From the NCBI GenBank assembly GCA_018333635.1, contig JAGXTL010000029.1, positions 3,322 through 67,321 on the forward strand: DNA of 64,000 nucleotides. The letters are read 5' to 3'. The notes beneath the pieces are model-generated. The model worked only from the letters and a program-made list of their open reading frames with translations, did no database searches and was not told where the DNA came from. Below are positions 37,057 to 46,519 of the stretch, piece after piece (the first letter of the stretch is position 1; every line of letters starts with the position of its first letter). The DNA is from Dethiobacter sp. (GTDB lineage Bacteria > Bacillota > Dethiobacteria > Dethiobacterales > Dethiobacteraceae). Made by a program: the position numbers and the translations under genes.

Positions 37057-37578
37057 ATGATGCGGACAAAAAAAATGACCCAGCTGGCGATTTTAGTTGC
37101 TTTTGCTTTAATTATGCATACTGTGGAGGCCCTACTGCCGGTGCCTATGCTTGTGCCCGGGGCGAAACTTGGCTTGGCAAACGTGATAACTCTGTTGGCT
37201 TTTGTCATCTTCGGTTTTGGTCCGGCCATGTATATCTCCGTCGTTCGCTCACTGCTCGGCGGCATATTCTTAGGAAATTTTCCCGGTTTTGGTTTCTATT
37301 TAAGTTTTAGCGGCGCCGTTTTTTCCACCTTGGTAATGGCGCTGGGGATAGCGCTCTGGAGGCGTGGCAAGATATCTCTGGTGGCAGTGAGTATCATGGG
37401 AGCCGTGGCTCATAATACGGCGCAGGTTGCGGTGGCTAGTCTTGTCATCGGCAATTTTAATCTTCTGAGGCTTTATTTGCCCTTATTATTACTTTTGGCC
37501 ATTCCTACCGGCTTTTTTACCGGCCTGGTAGTAGTTTATACGCAAAAGGCACTTCGTAAAGTGCTAACAGCAATCTAG
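37057..37578 (+). CDS. Gx transporter family membrane protein (heptaprenyl diphosphate synthase component I-like fold)
   Basis: 173 aa, 5 TM helices. PGAKLGLANVITL and LGGIFLGNF motifs. The start abuts the apbE stop. Confidence 0.65.
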   Translation: MMRTKKMTQLAILVAFALIMHTVEALLPVPMLVPGAKLGLANVITLLAFVIFGFGPAMYISVVRSLLGGIFLGNFPGFGFYLSFSGAVFSTLVMALGIALWRRGKISLVAVSIMGAVAHNTAQVAVASLVIGNFNLLRLYLPLLLLLAIPTGFFTGLVVVYTQKALRKVLTAI

Positions 37579-37598
37579 TCGCAGTAACGGGGGAAGCA

Positions 37599-38228
37599 AT
37601 GCGGAAATTAGTATTGGCTTCGGCTTCACCGCGCCGTGCCGAATTATTAAGACAGCTGGGGCTGACTTTTGTTGTGTCGGCGAGCGGGATAAGAGAAGAA
37701 AACGAAGAACAGGATCCGGCGCAGCTGGTTAAACTCTTGGCAATCTCAAAAGCAAGGGCAGTCGCTGCCAAGTTTCCTGACGGCGTAATTATTGCGGCGG
37801 ACACTGTAGTTTGTCTTGACGGAGAACTGCTGGGAAAACCGCGCGATGCAAGCGATGCAGCTAGAATGCTCGCGAGTCTTTCCGGCAGGCGGCATGAAGT
37901 GTTAACCGGCGTAGCCGTTCTCCGCCAGCCTGACGGGCTGCTCTGCAGCCATGTGGAAAAAACAGCTGTGACCATGCGTGAAATCAGCAGGGCAGAAATT
38001 GCTTGGTATGTGGCCGGCGGCGAACCCTACGACAAGGCCGGCGGCTACGGAATTCAGGGAAGAGCGGCAGTGTTTGTGGATAAGCTGGAAGGATGCTATT
38101 TTAACGTAGTGGGACTGCCGCTTTCAGCGCTCTGCAGGCTATTGGCAATTGTAGGGGTTCGAATCTGGGAAGGAGCTGAGAGCAATGACAACACGGCGCC
38201 TGACCATCAAGGATTTACCGCCAAGTGA
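37599..38228 (+). CDS. maf: Maf-like nucleoside triphosphate pyrophosphatase
   Basis: LVLASASPRRAELL N-terminus and GAYGIQG-like motif (GGYGIQG). Confidence 0.9.
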   Translation: MRKLVLASASPRRAELLRQLGLTFVVSASGIREENEEQDPAQLVKLLAISKARAVAAKFPDGVIIAADTVVCLDGELLGKPRDASDAARMLASLSGRRHEVLTGVAVLRQPDGLLCSHVEKTAVTMREISRAEIAWYVAGGEPYDKAGGYGIQGRAAVFVDKLEGCYFNVVGLPLSALCRLLAIVGVRIWEGAESNDNTAPDHQGFTAK

Positions 38229-38883
38229 AAGACCAAGGGAGAGATTGCTGGCAGGAGGAGCCGTCAAATTATCTGATGCGGAACTTCTCGCCATCCTGAT
38301 TCGCAGCGGCACACCGCAGGAGACGGCTATCCAATTGGCGGAAAGAATTTTGTTTGAGGCCGGGGGCTTGCATCAGCTGCCGCGTTCCTGCCTGGATGCT
38401 CTTTTGGGTATTAAGGGCTTAGGCGCCGCCAAGGCTGTGACGATTTTGGCAGCGCTTGAGTTGTCCACGCGACTTAGTTCGCGACTCAGGGCTGATTTGC
38501 CCAGCGTATCCTCCCCCGCTGATGCGGCAGGGCTTGTGATGGAGGAAATGCGGCATCACTTGCGCGAACATTTTCGCGTTGTGCTGTTGGATAGCAAACA
38601 TAAAGTGCTTGGGATTGAAGAAATTTCTATCGGCAGTCTTAACACTTCATTAGTGCATCCGCGTGAGGTTTTTCGACCGGCAATCCGTAAGGCTTGTGCC
38701 AGTATAATCTTGTTGCATAACCACCCTAGCGGAGACCCCACGCCCAGCCGTGAGGATTTGGATGTGACCAGGCGGCTCTCGGAAGCGGGACGGCTGATAG
38801 GCATTGAAATATTGGACCATATCATCATTGGCGATGGCAATTTTGTCAGTTTTAGGGAAAAAGGACTGCTTAGCAATAGTTAA
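38185..38883 (+). CDS. radC: RadC-family JAB/MPN domain protein
   Basis: IKDLPPSERPRERL N-terminus and HNHPSGDPTPS JAMM motif. Overlaps the maf tail by 44 nt. Confidence 0.9.
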   Translation: MTTRRLTIKDLPPSERPRERLLAGGAVKLSDAELLAILIRSGTPQETAIQLAERILFEAGGLHQLPRSCLDALLGIKGLGAAKAVTILAALELSTRLSSRLRADLPSVSSPADAAGLVMEEMRHHLREHFRVVLLDSKHKVLGIEEISIGSLNTSLVHPREVFRPAIRKACASIILLHNHPSGDPTPSREDLDVTRRLSEAGRLIGIEILDHIIIGDGNFVSFREKGLLSNS

Positions 38884-38973
38884 TTCCTGCTAATCAGAAC
38901 TTACATCTTGAGGTTGTGAACAAACCTGCTATAATGGACTATAGCAGGTTTGATGACGAAAGGAGACGCATCT

Positions 38974-40008
38974 ATGCGGTTTTTGATGAATTTTTTCTCC
39001 CGGGATATCGGGATTGACCTGGGAACCGCCAATACGCTTGTTTTTGTAAAAGGGAAAGGGATTGTGCTCAGAGAACCTTCTGTGGTAGCTATCCGCAGAG
39101 ATACCGGCACTGTTCTTGCGGTCGGTGAAGAGGCAAAAAAAATGATTGGGCGCACCCCCGGCAATATTGTGGCCATCCGGCCGATGAAGGACGGCGTAAT
39201 CGCCGATTTTGACATAACACAAACTATGCTGCGGCATTTTATCGGCAAAGCCTACAAACGCAGGGCTATCTTTAAAGCACATGTGGTCGTTTGTGTTCCT
39301 TCCGGTGTGACGGAGGTGGAAAAACGGGCGGTGATTGACGCGACTAAACAAGCAGGGGCAAAAGAAGCCTTTTTAATTGAGGAACCGATGGCGGCAGCTA
39401 TCGGAGCGGGTCTGCCTGTCGAAGAACCCACCGGCAGCATGATTGTGGATATAGGCGGAGGCACAACCGAAGTGGCCATTATTTCCTTGGGCGGTATTGT
39501 GACAAGCCGTTCCATTCGGGTGGGTGGCGACGAAATGGATGAAGCCATTACGCAATATATCAAAAAAAATTACAGCCTGATGATTGGTGAACGGACGGCT
39601 GAGGAAATTAAAATTACGATAGGGACAGCCTGCAGGGGCGAGCAAGTGCGTACTATGGAAATCCGCGGGCGGGACCTGATTAGCGGTTTACCCAAAACGC
39701 AAGAGATAACCGACAGAGAAATAGAGCTTGCACTGGCTGATCCCGTGGCAAGTATTTTGGACGCGATAAAAATCACGCTCGAAAAGTCTCCGCCTGAACT
39801 GGCGGCCGATATTATGGATAAAGGAATTGTGATGACCGGCGGTGGCGCTCTTTTGCATGGACTCGACAAGCTGGTTGCCAGAGAAACGAGTATGCCGGTC
39901 TATCTTGCGGAAAACCCGTTGGATTGCGTTGCTTTAGGTGCTGGGAAAGCGTTGACAGAAATTGAATTGTTGCGCAGAGTGACGCTTTCCCCGCGCAGGT
40001 TAATGTAA
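38974..40008 (+). CDS. mreB: Rod shape-determining protein MreB
   Basis: Start trimmed to ATG 38974 after [21 protein letters not shown] actin-fold motif. Confidence 0.95.
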   Translation: MRFLMNFFSRDIGIDLGTANTLVFVKGKGIVLREPSVVAIRRDTGTVLAVGEEAKKMIGRTPGNIVAIRPMKDGVIADFDITQTMLRHFIGKAYKRRAIFKAHVVVCVPSGVTEVEKRAVIDATKQAGAKEAFLIEEPMAAAIGAGLPVEEPTGSMIVDIGGGTTEVAIISLGGIVTSRSIRVGGDEMDEAITQYIKKNYSLMIGERTAEEIKITIGTACRGEQVRTMEIRGRDLISGLPKTQEITDREIELALADPVASILDAIKITLEKSPPELAADIMDKGIVMTGGGALLHGLDKLVARETSMPVYLAENPLDCVALGAGKALTEIELLRRVTLSPRRLM

Positions 40009-40043
40009 AGCCCGCAAAGGTCAGCAGACAAGGGTGAAAGACC

Positions 40044-40904
40044 ATGCTTGCTTTCTTAAATAAACGGAAGAAAATGATAACGCTTTTTTTGGTGTTGACT
40101 ATGCTCTTAGTTTTAACACAGAGAACCGTCACCCGCCAGGGAATAACTGTAGCGGAGGAAGCGTTGCTGACTGTGGTGGCCCCTGTTCAAGGGGTCTTTC
40201 AGCGTTTCACCAGTTCTGTTGAAGGGCTGCGGACTTCAATTAAGGGCTACCAGTTCTTAGCGGCGGAGAACCGGCGACTACAAGACGAGCTGGCTGCCAC
40301 CCTTGCACTGGAAGCGCGTTTGACGGAGCTTCGCCATGAGAACAATCGGCTGAGGCAGATGCTCAATTTCGAAGCCCGCAGCGAGCACGAGCTTATTGCC
40401 GCCGAAGTGATTGCCCGGGATTCCAGCAGCTGGTTTCAAACGATCAGCATCAATAAAGGCTCGTTGCATGGCGTGGAGCAGAACTTGGCGGTGGTAACCA
40501 GCGAAGGGCTGATAGGCAGTATTTTGGCTGTTTCACCTGTCTCATCGCAAGTCCTTTTATTGACAGACAACAGACGGGCGGTGAGCGCTATGGTACAGCG
40601 TTCGCGGGAGCCGGGGATGGTAGGTGTTGTGGAGGCGGACGCCGATCTGCCAGGTTATCTGCGTATGATTAATCTGCCGCGAGACGCGAATATTCAGCCT
40701 GGAGACACCATAATTTCTTCTGGTTTGGGCGGAATTTATCCCCAAGGCTTGGTACTTGGCTATGTCTTGGAGATGGTGGAGGAGGAGCTTGGGCTTTTGC
40801 GTTTTGCCCTGTTGCGTCCGGCAGCTAACTTTAATAGGCTTGAAGAAGTGTTTGTGGTCGTCCCCAGCGCGGTGCCTGCACAAGGCGGCGAAGGAGTATT
40901 TTAA
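40044..40904 (+). CDS. mreC: Rod shape-determining protein MreC
   Basis: N-terminal TM helix, coiled coil, beta-rich C-terminal domains. Position after mreB. Confidence 0.9.
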   Translation: MLAFLNKRKKMITLFLVLTMLLVLTQRTVTRQGITVAEEALLTVVAPVQGVFQRFTSSVEGLRTSIKGYQFLAAENRRLQDELAATLALEARLTELRHENNRLRQMLNFEARSEHELIAAEVIARDSSSWFQTISINKGSLHGVEQNLAVVTSEGLIGSILAVSPVSSQVLLLTDNRRAVSAMVQRSREPGMVGVVEADADLPGYLRMINLPRDANIQPGDTIISSGLGGIYPQGLVLGYVLEMVEEELGLLRFALLRPAANFNRLEEVFVVVPSAVPAQGGEGVF

Positions 40905-40905
40905 G

Positions 40906-41424
40906 ATGGGCGCTATCATTATTTTTTTGCTGCTTATGTTAAGCTTGGCACTGCAAGGTTCTTTGCTGGCTTTAGTCAGCCCAAACGGTGTCCACCCTGA
41001 CCTATTGCTGGTAGTGGTGGTGGCACTTGCTTTACTTTCTGACAGCAAGCGCGGTGCCCTAGTGGGTTTGGTGGCAGGGCTGATGCAGGACATTGTTTTT
41101 GGTGCGCCTCTTGGTTTTTTTGCTTCTATTAAAATGCTGGTGGGAGCCATGGCCGGCTTTCTGGCAGAGGAAATCAATCGAGATTTTGTGCTGGCACCCA
41201 TGCTGCTTGTCATCCCTTTTTCACTGTTTAATGATTTAATGCCGTTTATTTTAAGCGAGTTTGCCAAAATATCCCAGCCTTTTCCGCTTCTGCAGTATCT
41301 GCAGCAGCACTCAGCGGGCAGGATGTTAATGCATTTTTTTATCATGGGCCTGATCTATCCCTATCTTTGCCGGGCACAGAAACGCCGTCTGCTCTTTCCC
41401 CAATTAGAGAATCCCGGCAAATAA
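40906..41424 (+). CDS. mreD: Rod shape-determining protein MreD
   Basis: Start trimmed to ATG 40906. 172-aa polytopic protein. The track ORF opens inside mreC. Confidence 0.8.
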   Translation: MGAIIIFLLLMLSLALQGSLLALVSPNGVHPDLLLVVVVALALLSDSKRGALVGLVAGLMQDIVFGAPLGFFASIKMLVGAMAGFLAEEINRDFVLAPMLLVIPFSLFNDLMPFILSEFAKISQPFPLLQYLQQHSAGRMLMHFFIMGLIYPYLCRAQKRRLLFPQLENPGK

Positions 41425-41434
41425 GGAGGCTAAA

Positions 41435-43219
41435 ATGAATAGGTCTTTGCTGAGAAGGTTGCGCGTCTTTAGCGGTCTGGTCGTTTTGCTTGCAGTACTC
41501 CTGACGGCTCGCTTGGCTTGGCTGCAAATCTATAATTTTGAATATTACCGCGCCAGTGCCGAAGATAACAGACAGCGCCAGTTGCCGATCGCGGCGCCTC
41601 GCGGTGAAATCTTTGCGTTAAACGGGGAACTGTTGGCTGGCAACCGCCCCGGCTTTGCCGTGTCATTACTTGATTTTGATTTGCGAGACACGGAAACTGT
41701 CCGCTATTTGGCTGAGCTTTTGGAAATGGATGAAGAATATATTCGTGAGCGGGTGCGGGGAGAGCGCTTCCGTAGTTTTGCCCCGATTCAGATTGCTAGC
41801 AATGTTTCACCGGAAGTGGTGGCTAAATTGGAAGAGAGGCGCCTCGATTTGCCGGGCGTCATTATTGAAACCCAGCTTGTGCGGGAGTATGTCAACGGCA
41901 GCCAGGCGGCACATGTCTTGGGATATGTAGGCCCTATTTCAAGACGGCAACTCGAAGAAATGCAGGCACAGGGGATTATTTACCGCGGCACAGATGCGTT
42001 CGGCCAAGAGGGGGTGGAACACGTCTGGGAACAGACACTGCGTGGTCAGGAAGGCACTCTGCTTGTCGAAAAAAACCGTTTCGGGCGCCGCACGCGGATA
42101 TTGGCTAAGGAAGACCCTGTTCCGGGAAACAATATTTATCTGACGCTGGATGCGAGACTGCAGGCAATCGCGGAGCAGGCGTTGCGCCAGGTGATTGAAA
42201 ACCTGGCGGAGAGCGGCAACACCCAGTCGGGCAGAGGCTCTGTCGTCATTCTTGACCCAAGAAGCGGCGCTATCCGTGCCATGGTGAGCTACCCTGCCTA
42301 TGACCCTAATACATTGGCGCAGAATTTTAAGGAGCTGGCGGCCGATAGGAGAAACCAGCCCCTCAGGAATAAAGCGATTCAGGATTTCCACCCGGTTGGC
42401 TCAACTTTCAAAATGCTGCCGGGGATTGCGGCTTTGCAGGAAGGTTTAATCAACGAGCAAAGCAGGGTGACCTGCCGGGGGGTAGCCACTTTTTTTAACG
42501 GCCGGCAGACGTCGCGTTGTCTTAAAGTGCACGGTGCGCTCAGCATTATTCCGGCTATCGCACAGTCTTGTAACGTTTTTTTCTATGAAATGGGTTATCG
42601 CCTCGGCATAGATCGACTTAGCAGTTATGCGGAAAGTTTCGGCTTCGGTAGTCCGACCGGTCTGAACGATTTGAGGGGTGAAGCCGCCGGATCGCTTAAC
42701 AGCAGAGCGCGCCTGGACTTTATGCCCGGCAACCTGATGGGCGCATCGATCGGTCAGGGTCATGAAATTACCGCTTTGCAGATGGCAAACTTTGCGGCCA
42801 TGCTTGCCAATGGCGGAATCCACTACCGCCCTTATTTGGTGCAAAAAGCGCAGAATCACCTAGGAGAAGTAATATTTAATGCGGAGCCGGAGATAATGCG
42901 GCAGCTGGAGTTTAGCAAGGAAAACTGGGAGATTATCCGGCAGGGAATGAAAGACGTTACCGACTTTGGCGGTACGGCTCCGAGTATGCGTCGATTGCCG
43001 GTGAAGGTTGCCGGCAAAACGGGGACAGTTGAAGTATCTTCGCTGCGTTATTCCCACAGTACATTTGTGGGTTATGCGCCTGCAGAAGCGCCGGAGCTGG
43101 CCTTTTACGTTATTGTGGAAAATGCTCTCCATCGCCCCGGCAGTTCTGCCGTTCCTGTAATCAGCCAAATAATCGGGGAATATTATTCCCCAATACAGGG
43201 GGGACAGGGGGACAGGTGA
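41435..43219 (+). CDS. mrdA: Penicillin-binding protein 2 (elongation transpeptidase)
   Basis: STFK, SCN and KTGT motifs with an N-terminal anchor. 594 aa. The last 8 codons and the stop are supplied by a repeat element. Confidence 0.9.
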   Translation: MNRSLLRRLRVFSGLVVLLAVLLTARLAWLQIYNFEYYRASAEDNRQRQLPIAAPRGEIFALNGELLAGNRPGFAVSLLDFDLRDTETVRYLAELLEMDEEYIRERVRGERFRSFAPIQIASNVSPEVVAKLEERRLDLPGVIIETQLVREYVNGSQAAHVLGYVGPISRRQLEEMQAQGIIYRGTDAFGQEGVEHVWEQTLRGQEGTLLVEKNRFGRRTRILAKEDPVPGNNIYLTLDARLQAIAEQALRQVIENLAESGNTQSGRGSVVILDPRSGAIRAMVSYPAYDPNTLAQNFKELAADRRNQPLRNKAIQDFHPVGSTFKMLPGIAALQEGLINEQSRVTCRGVATFFNGRQTSRCLKVHGALSIIPAIAQSCNVFFYEMGYRLGIDRLSSYAESFGFGSPTGLNDLRGEAAGSLNSRARLDFMPGNLMGASIGQGHEITALQMANFAAMLANGGIHYRPYLVQKAQNHLGEVIFNAEPEIMRQLEFSKENWEIIRQGMKDVTDFGGTAPSMRRLPVKVAGKTGTVEVSSLRYSHSTFVGYAPAEAPELAFYVIVENALHRPGSSAVPVISQIIGEYYSPIQGGQGDR

Positions 43220-43228
43220 TTTGTCCCA
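43198..43228. repeat. G-rich tandem plus hairpin repeat (family 4)
   Basis: GGGGGGACAGGGGGACAGG-TGAT-TTGTCCCA. A related copy GGGACAAGGGGGGACAAGGGGACAGG-TCTT-TTGTCCCA lies at 62328-62365. Confidence 0.7.
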
Positions 43229-43242
43229 ATCTTCCACGCGAC

Positions 43243-43285
43243 CACCCCGCCCTTGCGGGCACCCCTCCAGGGGAGGGGAATTTTT
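43243..43285. repeat. Palindromic repeat element (family 2), second copy
   Basis: CCACCCCGCCCTTGCGGGCACCCCTCC-AGG-GGAGGGGAATTTTT. Compare 8857-8903. Confidence 0.75.
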
Positions 43286-43389
43286 GTGGCAGGAAATTAT
43301 TCATAAAGCGTCTTTTTTATGGTCCAGGCAGGAATTTGCTGCTATTTGACGAAAATATTGCTGAGTGTGTGCCATATGTGGAGGAAAGT

Positions 43390-44055
43390 ATGAGTAAATA
43401 TACTGTTGAGTTTAAGGGGACAAAAGAGGGCGTTACTATCTACTGCCAGGAAAATGCCGGGTTTGAGGAGGTTTTGCTTGACTTGGCAGCACGCCTGAAG
43501 CAGAGAGCTGTATTTTTCGGCCAGTCAAAGGTACGCATTGATGTGGGCGGCAGACAGTTAACAGAAGCTGAGCAGGAACGGTTGGCAGATGTCCTTGCAA
43601 AAAACAGCAAACTGGTTTTGGCAGGAGTGCAAACCAGCGCTGAACGGACAGCGGAGTTTTCACCGGCCAGGCGGCGGGGGGAGACCGATGATCTGAAACT
43701 GGAGAACTGCAAAGAGGGCCGTTCCATAGTTATTAAGCGGACACTGCGTTCCGGACAAAGTATTCACTATCCAGGTAATGTGATTGTGCTGGGTGATGTT
43801 AATCCAGGTGCGGAAATCGTGGCTGAAGGCGATATTTTCGTGTACGGGACGCTGCGGGGAATTGCTCATGCCGGGAGGGGCGGCGATCGTAGCGCTTCAG
43901 TGGTTGCTTTGCGCCTTGCTCCGACTCAGTTGAGAATCGCCAGTGTGATTTCCAGAGCACCTGATGAATCAGCTCTGCCAAATCAGCCTGAATATGCCTA
44001 TATTAGCGATGACCGGATTATGATTGCCGCGGTTAGCACAAAATTTGCTTTATAG
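43390..44055 (+). CDS. minC: Septum site-determining protein MinC
   Basis: Start trimmed to ATG 43390. C-terminal beta-helix (GNVIVLGDVNPGAEIVAEGDIFVYG). The upstream part of the track ORF is a translated repeat. Confidence 0.9.
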   Translation: MSKYTVEFKGTKEGVTIYCQENAGFEEVLLDLAARLKQRAVFFGQSKVRIDVGGRQLTEAEQERLADVLAKNSKLVLAGVQTSAERTAEFSPARRRGETDDLKLENCKEGRSIVIKRTLRSGQSIHYPGNVIVLGDVNPGAEIVAEGDIFVYGTLRGIAHAGRGGDRSASVVALRLAPTQLRIASVISRAPDESALPNQPEYAYISDDRIMIAAVSTKFAL

Positions 44056-44080
44056 AAAGTCAGTAAAGGGGCTGAGATTT

Positions 44081-44881
44081 ATGGGTGCAGTAATCGTCAT
44101 TACCTCCGGCAAGGGTGGTGTGGGAAAAACCACAACCACGGCTAATCTAGGTGTAGGCCTTGCGATGTTGGGCGAAAAAGTTGTGCTGATTGACGCAGAT
44201 ATCGGCTTGCGTAATTTGGATGTGGTCATGGGCTTGGAGAATAGGATTGTCTATGATCTGGTGGATGTGGTTGAGGGGAACTGCCGTCCGAAGCAGGCCT
44301 TAATCCGCGATAAGCGTTATGACACGCTTTTTCTCTTGCCGGCGGCACAGACTCGTGATAAAAACGCGGTGACGCCCGAGCAGATGAAAAAGCTTTGTGC
44401 GGAATTAAAAGAGGAATACGATTTCGTTCTGGTGGATTGCCCCGCCGGCATCGAACAAGGCTTCCGCAACGCCATAGCCGGCGCCGACAGGGCGCTGATT
44501 GTAACTACGCCGGAAGTGTCTGCGGTGCGGGATGCAGACCGGATTATCGGCTTACTGGAGGCGGCGGATCTGGGTGACCCCAAATTGATTATCAATCGTC
44601 TGCGGCCTGATATGGTTAAGCGCGGCGATATGATGGACATAGAAGACATCCTGGAAATCTTGGCGATTGACTTAATCGGCGTTATTCCTGATGATGAAAA
44701 AATTATTATCTCCACCAACCGCGGCGAGCCGGTGGTTGCCAATGATAACGGCTCTTTGTCGGGACAAGCCTACCGGAATATCGTGCGCAGGGTAAGGGGA
44801 GAAAACGTGCCGTTTTTGCAGCTATACAAGAACAGCTCTATCTTTAGCAGGCTGAAAAAAATTATGGGCCTTAGCGGCTAG
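44081..44881 (+). CDS. minD: Septum site-determining ATPase MinD
   Basis: Start trimmed to ATG 44081. Deviant Walker A SGKGGVGKTT and a C-terminal amphipathic helix. Confidence 0.95.
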   Translation: MGAVIVITSGKGGVGKTTTTANLGVGLAMLGEKVVLIDADIGLRNLDVVMGLENRIVYDLVDVVEGNCRPKQALIRDKRYDTLFLLPAAQTRDKNAVTPEQMKKLCAELKEEYDFVLVDCPAGIEQGFRNAIAGADRALIVTTPEVSAVRDADRIIGLLEAADLGDPKLIINRLRPDMVKRGDMMDIEDILEILAIDLIGVIPDDEKIIISTNRGEPVVANDNGSLSGQAYRNIVRRVRGENVPFLQLYKNSSIFSRLKKIMGLSG

Positions 44882-44895
44882 GAGAGGTGTGAAAG

Positions 44896-45162
44896 ATGAA
44901 CCTGAGAGCATTGCTAAATGCCCTAGCAGGGAAACAGGACAGTAAAGACATTGCCAAAGAGCGTCTGCGCCTAGTGCTTGTCCATGATCGTGCCAGTGTT
45001 TCGCCGGAGTTTATGGAGCAAATTAAGGAAGAAATAATTAAGGTTATCTCGAAATATATGGAAATAGATACGGCAAATACTGTGATAAACTTACATAAAA
45101 GCGAAGGTACGGCAGTATTGGAAGCAAATCTGGCGATCAAAGCTATTCGCAGGCCTGGTTGA
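44896..45162 (+). CDS. minE: Cell division topological specificity factor MinE
   Basis: 88 aa. SKDIAKERLRLVLVHDR motif. Confidence 0.9.
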   Translation: MNLRALLNALAGKQDSKDIAKERLRLVLVHDRASVSPEFMEQIKEEIIKVISKYMEIDTANTVINLHKSEGTAVLEANLAIKAIRRPG

Positions 45163-45207
45163 GGGTTTTTCTTCGCGCTTTACGGCTTTGTCGCTTTCGC
45201 TTATAAT

Positions 45208-45241
45208 ATAAGTGCTGGGGTTTCCCGCACTTATTTTTTTC
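45208..45241 (+). terminator. Intrinsic terminator after minE
   Basis: ATAAGTGC...GCACTTAT stem followed by TTTTTTT. Confidence 0.6.
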
Positions 45242-45264
45242 TTTTCTTGGGGGGAGAGGAACTC

Positions 45265-46371
45265 TTGTTTGACCGTCGTCTGGTGCGGAACTTTGATTTT
45301 CTGTTGCTACTCGCCGTGTTTGCTATTGTTCTGCTTAGCTTGCTGATTATCAGCAGTGCCACCATGGACAGTCTGTCCGGCGACCCCTTTTTTGTTAAGC
45401 GTCAGGCTATCTGGTTTTTGCTCAGCTTTGTCGCGCTTCTGGTCGTCATTAACATTGACTATACACAGTTTTACCGGATGACACACTACCTGTATGGCTT
45501 GAATCTGTTGCTGCTGCTTGCCGTATTTTTTCTGGGCAGGGAAGGGGGCGGCGCGCAGCGCTGGATTGATTTGGGCTTTTTTAATCTTCAACCGTCAGAG
45601 TTTGCCAAGCTTTTCATCATTATTTCGCTGGCAAGGCATCTTGCGGCGCGAGAGGGAAACTTTGCCAGCGTTTTCAGCGTCATTCCCACATTTTTTCACG
45701 TTAGCTTACCGATGGGCATGATTTTTCTTCAGCCTGACTTGGGAACGGCGCTGGTCTTTATTGCGATTATGTTTGGCATGCTCTTTATGGCCGGCGCTAA
45801 AGCAAGGCATCTGCTGCTGTATGTGGTCGGCAGCTTGGTGGTAGGCCTTCCTCTCCTTTGGCAAGTATTAAAGGACTATCAGAGAATGCGTTTGCTTAGC
45901 TTCATCAACCCGGAGCGCGACGCGCTCAGCGGCGCCTTCCAGCAAATTCAGAGTGTCATTGCCGTAGGCTCCGGTGGCGTGTGGGGGAAGGGGTTATTTG
46001 CTGATGGGACGCAAAGCAGTCTTAGCTTTACCCCCGAACCGCATACCGATTTTATTTTTTCCGTGCTTGCAGAACAGATAGGTTTTGCGGGGGGCGTTGT
46101 TTTGATTCTGTTGTATGTGTTTCTGCTGTTCCGTGTTATCCGTGTTGCCGCTTTGGCTAAAGATACGTTTGGGATGTTGATTTGCATCGGAGTAGCCTCC
46201 ATGCTGTTCTTTCAGATTTTGATTAATGTCGGCATGACCATTGGCGTAATGCCTGTGACCGGCTTGCCTCTGCCGTTTATGTCTTATGGCGGCAGCTCGC
46301 TCTTGATGAATATGCTCTCAATCGGGCTGGTGCTGAATATCGGTATGCGCCGGCACCGCCTGATGTTCTGA
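45265..46371 (+). CDS. rodA: Peptidoglycan glycosyltransferase RodA (FtsW/RodA/SpoVE family)
   Basis: Polytopic SEDS protein. The TTG 45265 start follows GGAGAGG. The track ORF opens at TTG 45247. Confidence 0.9.
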   Translation: MFDRRLVRNFDFLLLLAVFAIVLLSLLIISSATMDSLSGDPFFVKRQAIWFLLSFVALLVVINIDYTQFYRMTHYLYGLNLLLLLAVFFLGREGGGAQRWIDLGFFNLQPSEFAKLFIIISLARHLAAREGNFASVFSVIPTFFHVSLPMGMIFLQPDLGTALVFIAIMFGMLFMAGAKARHLLLYVVGSLVVGLPLLWQVLKDYQRMRLLSFINPERDALSGAFQQIQSVIAVGSGGVWGKGLFADGTQSSLSFTPEPHTDFIFSVLAEQIGFAGGVVLILLYVFLLFRVIRVAALAKDTFGMLICIGVASMLFFQILINVGMTIGVMPVTGLPLPFMSYGGSSLLMNMLSIGLVLNIGMRRHRLMF

Positions 46372-46432
46372 TCTGGGACACAGGCGCAGCAACATGCGCT
46401 GATATAAAACAAAAGTCGTTCAGACGTTCTGC

Positions 46433-46458
46433 AGCCGGAAAATGATTTCCGGCTTTTT
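46433..46458 (+). terminator. Intrinsic terminator after rodA
   Basis: AGCCGGAAA-ATGA-TTTCCGGCT followed by TTTT. Confidence 0.7.
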
Positions 46459-46519
46459 GCAGTTGGCATATCTTTAGCTGGCTGCAAATATAAATGGGGT
46501 AAGGACAAACCTGCCGGGG

